Shown here piece by piece: positions 60,501 to 64,000 of a stretch of DNA of 64,000 nt. This DNA comes from Octopus sinensis (Eukaryota). The position numbers and the translations under genes were made by a program. The DNA is taken from the NCBI RefSeq assembly GCF_006345805.1, contig NC_043000.1, forward strand, positions 2,232,001 through 2,296,000, given 5' to 3'. The notes beneath the pieces were generated by a model. That model was given only the letters and a program-made list of their open reading frames with translations. It was not told the DNA's origin and did no database searches. Every line of letters begins with the position of its first letter. Positions within the stretch are counted from its first letter, which is position 1.

Positions 60501-60712
60501 TACTTTTTACTCTTTTACTTGTTTTAGTCATTTGACTGCGGCCATGCTGGAGCACCGCCTTTAGTCGAGCAAATCGACCCCAGGACTTATTCTTTGTAAG
60601 CCCAGTACTTATTCTATCGGTCTCTTTTGCCGAACCGCTAAGTGACGGGGACGTAAACACACCAGCATCGGTTGTCAAGCAATGCTAGGGGGTCAAACAC
60701 AAACACACAAAT

Positions 60713-60757
<45 letters not shown>

Positions 60758-60919
60758 TACGACAGGCTTCTTTCAGTTTCCGTCTACCAAATCCACTTGC
60801 AAGGCATTGGTCAGCTCGGGGCTATAGCAGAAGACACTTGCCCAAGATGCCACATAGTGGGACTGAACCCGGAACCATGTGGTTGGTTAGCAAGCTACTT
60901 ACCACACAGCCACTCCTGC
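60501..60919 (-). mobile_element. SINE family A, young
   Basis: Full-length homology. Confidence 0.92.
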
Positions 60920-61311
60920 ACATATTTTGACAACAAAATCTTATGTGGGCCTTCAAGGGTCGTATGAACCCTTGTTAAGAAGCACTAACTTGGAGGCTTC
61001 CTCATTGGTTTGTAATCATTGTTGCTGTAACGACTGCTACTGCTGTTGTTGTTGTTTTTGCTATTGTCACTGATGTGGAAACTTTTGTTGTTGTAATTGA
61101 TGTGGTTTTTCTTGTTGTTGTTGTTTGCTATGGTTCCTGTTATTTATTTGTTGTCCTTTTGTTGTAGCTGTTGTTGTATGAGAGAAAAATGGTCTGATAA
61201 GAGAGTGATGTTACATCTGACCTTTAGATAATGAAAGGTCAAAGTGTCAAGATATTTTTTTTTTTGGCAACAGAAGTAAACAGCAGTAGCCAAAAAAACT
61301 GATTCAGGATG

Positions 61312-61345
<34 letters not shown>

Positions 61346-61384
61346 GGTTTAGGAGTTGAATGCAGTACAGAAATATGGAGTGTG

Positions 61385-61615
61385 ATGTATTTAGTTGTTA
61401 TCGTTTACTCATCTCTCCCACTCCCAGGTAAACATTGACTGAGCTCTTAAGATCAAAAGCTTTCCAGCCATGACTGCCCCATTTTTTTTTCACACATGTT
61501 GGGAACCTAGAACATTATCAAAAGGTTCTTTCCTAGGATAGGAGGATTTGATTTGAGGATTTGATTTTGAGAGCTATTTGGCTGCTATTTCTAGCAAATC
61601 GAATGACCATATAAA
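61385..61615 (-). mobile_element. Family G copy (reverse)
   Basis: GATTTGATTTGAGG...TTTGGCTGCTATTTCTAGCA. Confidence 0.45.
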
Positions 61616-61764
61616 GCAGGCATGGGCAACCTTTATTGAGAACTGGGTTGCATGAAACAGGTAATTTTTCTTTGATAGGCATGCCACTCAGAAAGTTCTG
61701 TGGGCCACATGCTGCCACAGTTTGCCCATGACTGCTATAAGGGCTTCCTTATAATCTCATATGT

Positions 61765-62178
61765 AGGCGCAGGAGTGGCTGTGTGGTAAGTAGCTTGCTA
61801 ACCAACCACATGGTTCCGGGTTCAGTCCCACTGCGTGGCATCTTGGGCAAGTGTCTTCTGCTATAGCCCCGGGCCGACCAATGCCTTGTGAGTGGATTTG
61901 GTAGACGGAAACTGAAAGAAGCCTGTCGTATATATATATATAAGTGTGTGTGTATATGTTTGTGTGTCTGTGTTTGTCCCCCTAGCATTGCTTGACAACT
62001 GATGCTGGTGTGTTTACGTCCCCGTCACTTAGCGGTTCGGCAAAAGAGACTGATAGAATAAGTACTGGGCTTACAAAGAATAAGTCCCAGGGTCGATTCG
62101 GTCAACTAAAGGTGGTGCTCCAGCATGGCCGCAGTCAAATGACTGAAACAAGTAAAAGAGTAAAAGAGTAAAGAGAGT
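61765..62178 (+). mobile_element. SINE family A, young
   Basis: AGGCGCAGGAGTGG head to AGAGTAAAAGAGT tail. Confidence 0.92.
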
Positions 62179-62769
62179 AATATATATGTATGTTAATGGT
62201 GTAAATATTAAGTGTTTGGTTTGTATGTATCATAGACTGTGTTTGGTTTGTGTGGGAGTGTAGTTATGGAGATGTGCATGTATGTGAATGGTGTAACTAT
62301 TGATGTGTGATAGGGAAATTTAGTGATGTATGTAAGGAATATTTTATAAGACATGACAAACACATACAAATCAATTCTGTGTAAGAATGTACTTCTATGG
62401 GGTTATAAACCATGGAGAGAAAATATAGGATGAACAACCAAAAGTTAATGATTTCAATCTAGTAGTACCCAATCAGATTTGGTTTAGTCAGATTTATACA
62501 TGTGGGTTTGGTAATCGGTGAATGAGATAAATTACTTTACAAATCTTACTGCATATGAATTAATTAATTTTAAAGAGGAAATGTGTGTAAAATATACGTA
62601 GCTTTTCTCTGAAGCAATGTTGGTGTTATAATTTATAGAAAGAACATTTTTAATCTGACCAAGAATTGCAACTTCGTATAAGTGGGGTCACATAAGCCTT
62701 TGAATAGTCAGTGTCCTTCATTCTCTCTCTCTCTCTCTGTCTCTCTCCATCTAGCTATCTATCTATCTG

Positions 62770-63191
62770 TCACGTAAAAGCACCATCCGTTTGTGTCCGT
62801 TGCCAGCCTCGCCTGGCCCCCGTGCCGGTGGCACGTAAAAGCACCATCCGCTCGTGTCCGTTGCCAGCCTCGCCTGGCCCCCGTGCCGGTGGCACGTAAA
62901 AGCACCATCCGCTCGTGTCCATTGCCAGCTCCACCTGGCCCCCGTGCCGGTGGCACGTAAAAACACCATCTGTTTGTGGCTGTTTGCCAGCTCCATCTGG
63001 CACCTGTGCAGGTGGCACGTAAAAAGCACCCACTACACTCACGGAGTGGTTGGCGTCAGGAAGGGCATCCAGCCGTAGAAACACTGCCAGATCTGACTGG
63101 GCCTGATGAAGCCTTCCGGCTTCCCACACCCCAGTTGAACCGTCCAACCCATGCTAGCATGGAAAATGGATGCTAAATGATGATGATGATG
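62770..63191 (+). mobile_element. RTE-LINE 3' end (family E) with four 62-bp units
   Basis: Same architecture as 4450-4877. Confidence 0.82.
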
Positions 63192-63350
63192 TTTGTTTTT
63201 ATGGTCAGTTATGATAAAAATAATTTTACATTAGTCTGAAGGGTTACTCTATACATTTGTAGAGTACAAATTTATTATTCTTGACAGTGGCTTAGCTGGC
63301 CAAACTTCGAAGTCACTGTCAACGATATACTTATTTAAGAATATATATAT
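63190..63350 (+). mobile_element. Family J element (second copy; the first is 49745-49965)
   Basis: GTTTGTTTTTATG.TCAGTTA...TACAAATTTATTATTCTT...GAAGTCACTGTCAAC shared. Confidence 0.7.
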
Positions 63351-63435
63351 ATATATATACACCTATCTATCTGTCACGTAAAAGCACCATCCATTTGTGT
63401 CCGTTGCCAGCCTTGCCTGGCCCCCGTGCCGGTGG

Positions 63436-63645
63436 TTAGATGCAGCACGGACTTTGTCAGTGAACAGGTCGCGGATTTTAGCGACGAAAATATTTTGACA
63501 AATTAAACTTAAATGTTGAAGTGAATCGAACGGTTTTTGTGTGTTTCTTAAATGGCTTATAAACACCTTCCACGCTGCAATTGTTTTCGTTTCAGCACAC
63601 GATCTCAGATCAAATTACTTGCTATGCGAGTACATCTCCATAATA
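63436..63645. mobile_element. Family K element (second copy)
   Basis: High identity to 22933-23146. Confidence 0.72.
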
Positions 63646-63667
63646 TATATATATATATATATATATA

Positions 63668-63980
63668 ATATCAGCGTGATCACCGTGACCGACCAGGCTA
63701 TCAGATGTTGCTACACATCGCTGGTCACAATGCGCTTCGCATTGTTTTAGCCTTCGAATGATGCCACCCCGCTGACTAAGCGAGCAGGCCAACAGAAGAA
63801 AGAGTGAGAGAAAGTTGTGGCGAAAGAGTACAGCTGGGATCGCCACCACCCTCTGCCGGAGCCTCGTGGAGTTTTTGGTGTTTTCGCTCAATAAACACTC
63901 ACAACGCCCGGTCTTGGAATCGAAACCGCGATCCTACGACCGTGAGTCCGCTGCCCTAACCACTGGGCCATTGCGCCTCC
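63668..63980 (-). mobile_element. SINE with a family C head and a different 3' part, set in (TA)n
   Basis: GGAGGCGCAATGGCCCAGTGG head; diverges from 56915 after CTTTCTCTCACTCTT. Confidence 0.82.
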
Positions 63981-64000
63981 ATATATATATATATGTATGT

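Overview
AT-rich eukaryotic (animal) DNA, about 64 kb, with no host protein-coding gene that I can support. Nearly all ORFs in the track are translations of (TA)n/(CA)n/(AAT)n microsatellites or of repeats. The repeat families look like those of Octopus (coleoid cephalopod); this is recognition from memory, not a database result. The window is an intergenic or large-intron landscape. It holds several tRNA-derived SINE families (my labels A, B, C, D, F), many 5'-truncated copies of an RTE-LINE 3' end carrying a 62-bp minisatellite (E, older form H), decayed RTE and CR1 ORF2 fragments, piggyBac-type TTAA MITEs, TA-flanked TIR MITEs, non-autonomous Helitrons, long fold-back palindromes and one 100-N gap. 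The most interesting signal is a set of minimal type I hammerhead-ribozyme folds in short, often TA-flanked or palindromic, Penelope-like elements. One is intact (42790-42824). One sits in a TSD-flanked tRNA-headed SINE-like unit (32732-33016). Several decayed ones carry mostly transition changes. Other highlights are a 312-bp near-perfect inverted repeat, a 46-bp templated insertion inside a palindrome, SINE head/tail shuffling and a MITE-in-MITE-with-Helitron nest. Family letters are my own labels; most coordinates of old, decayed copies are approximate.
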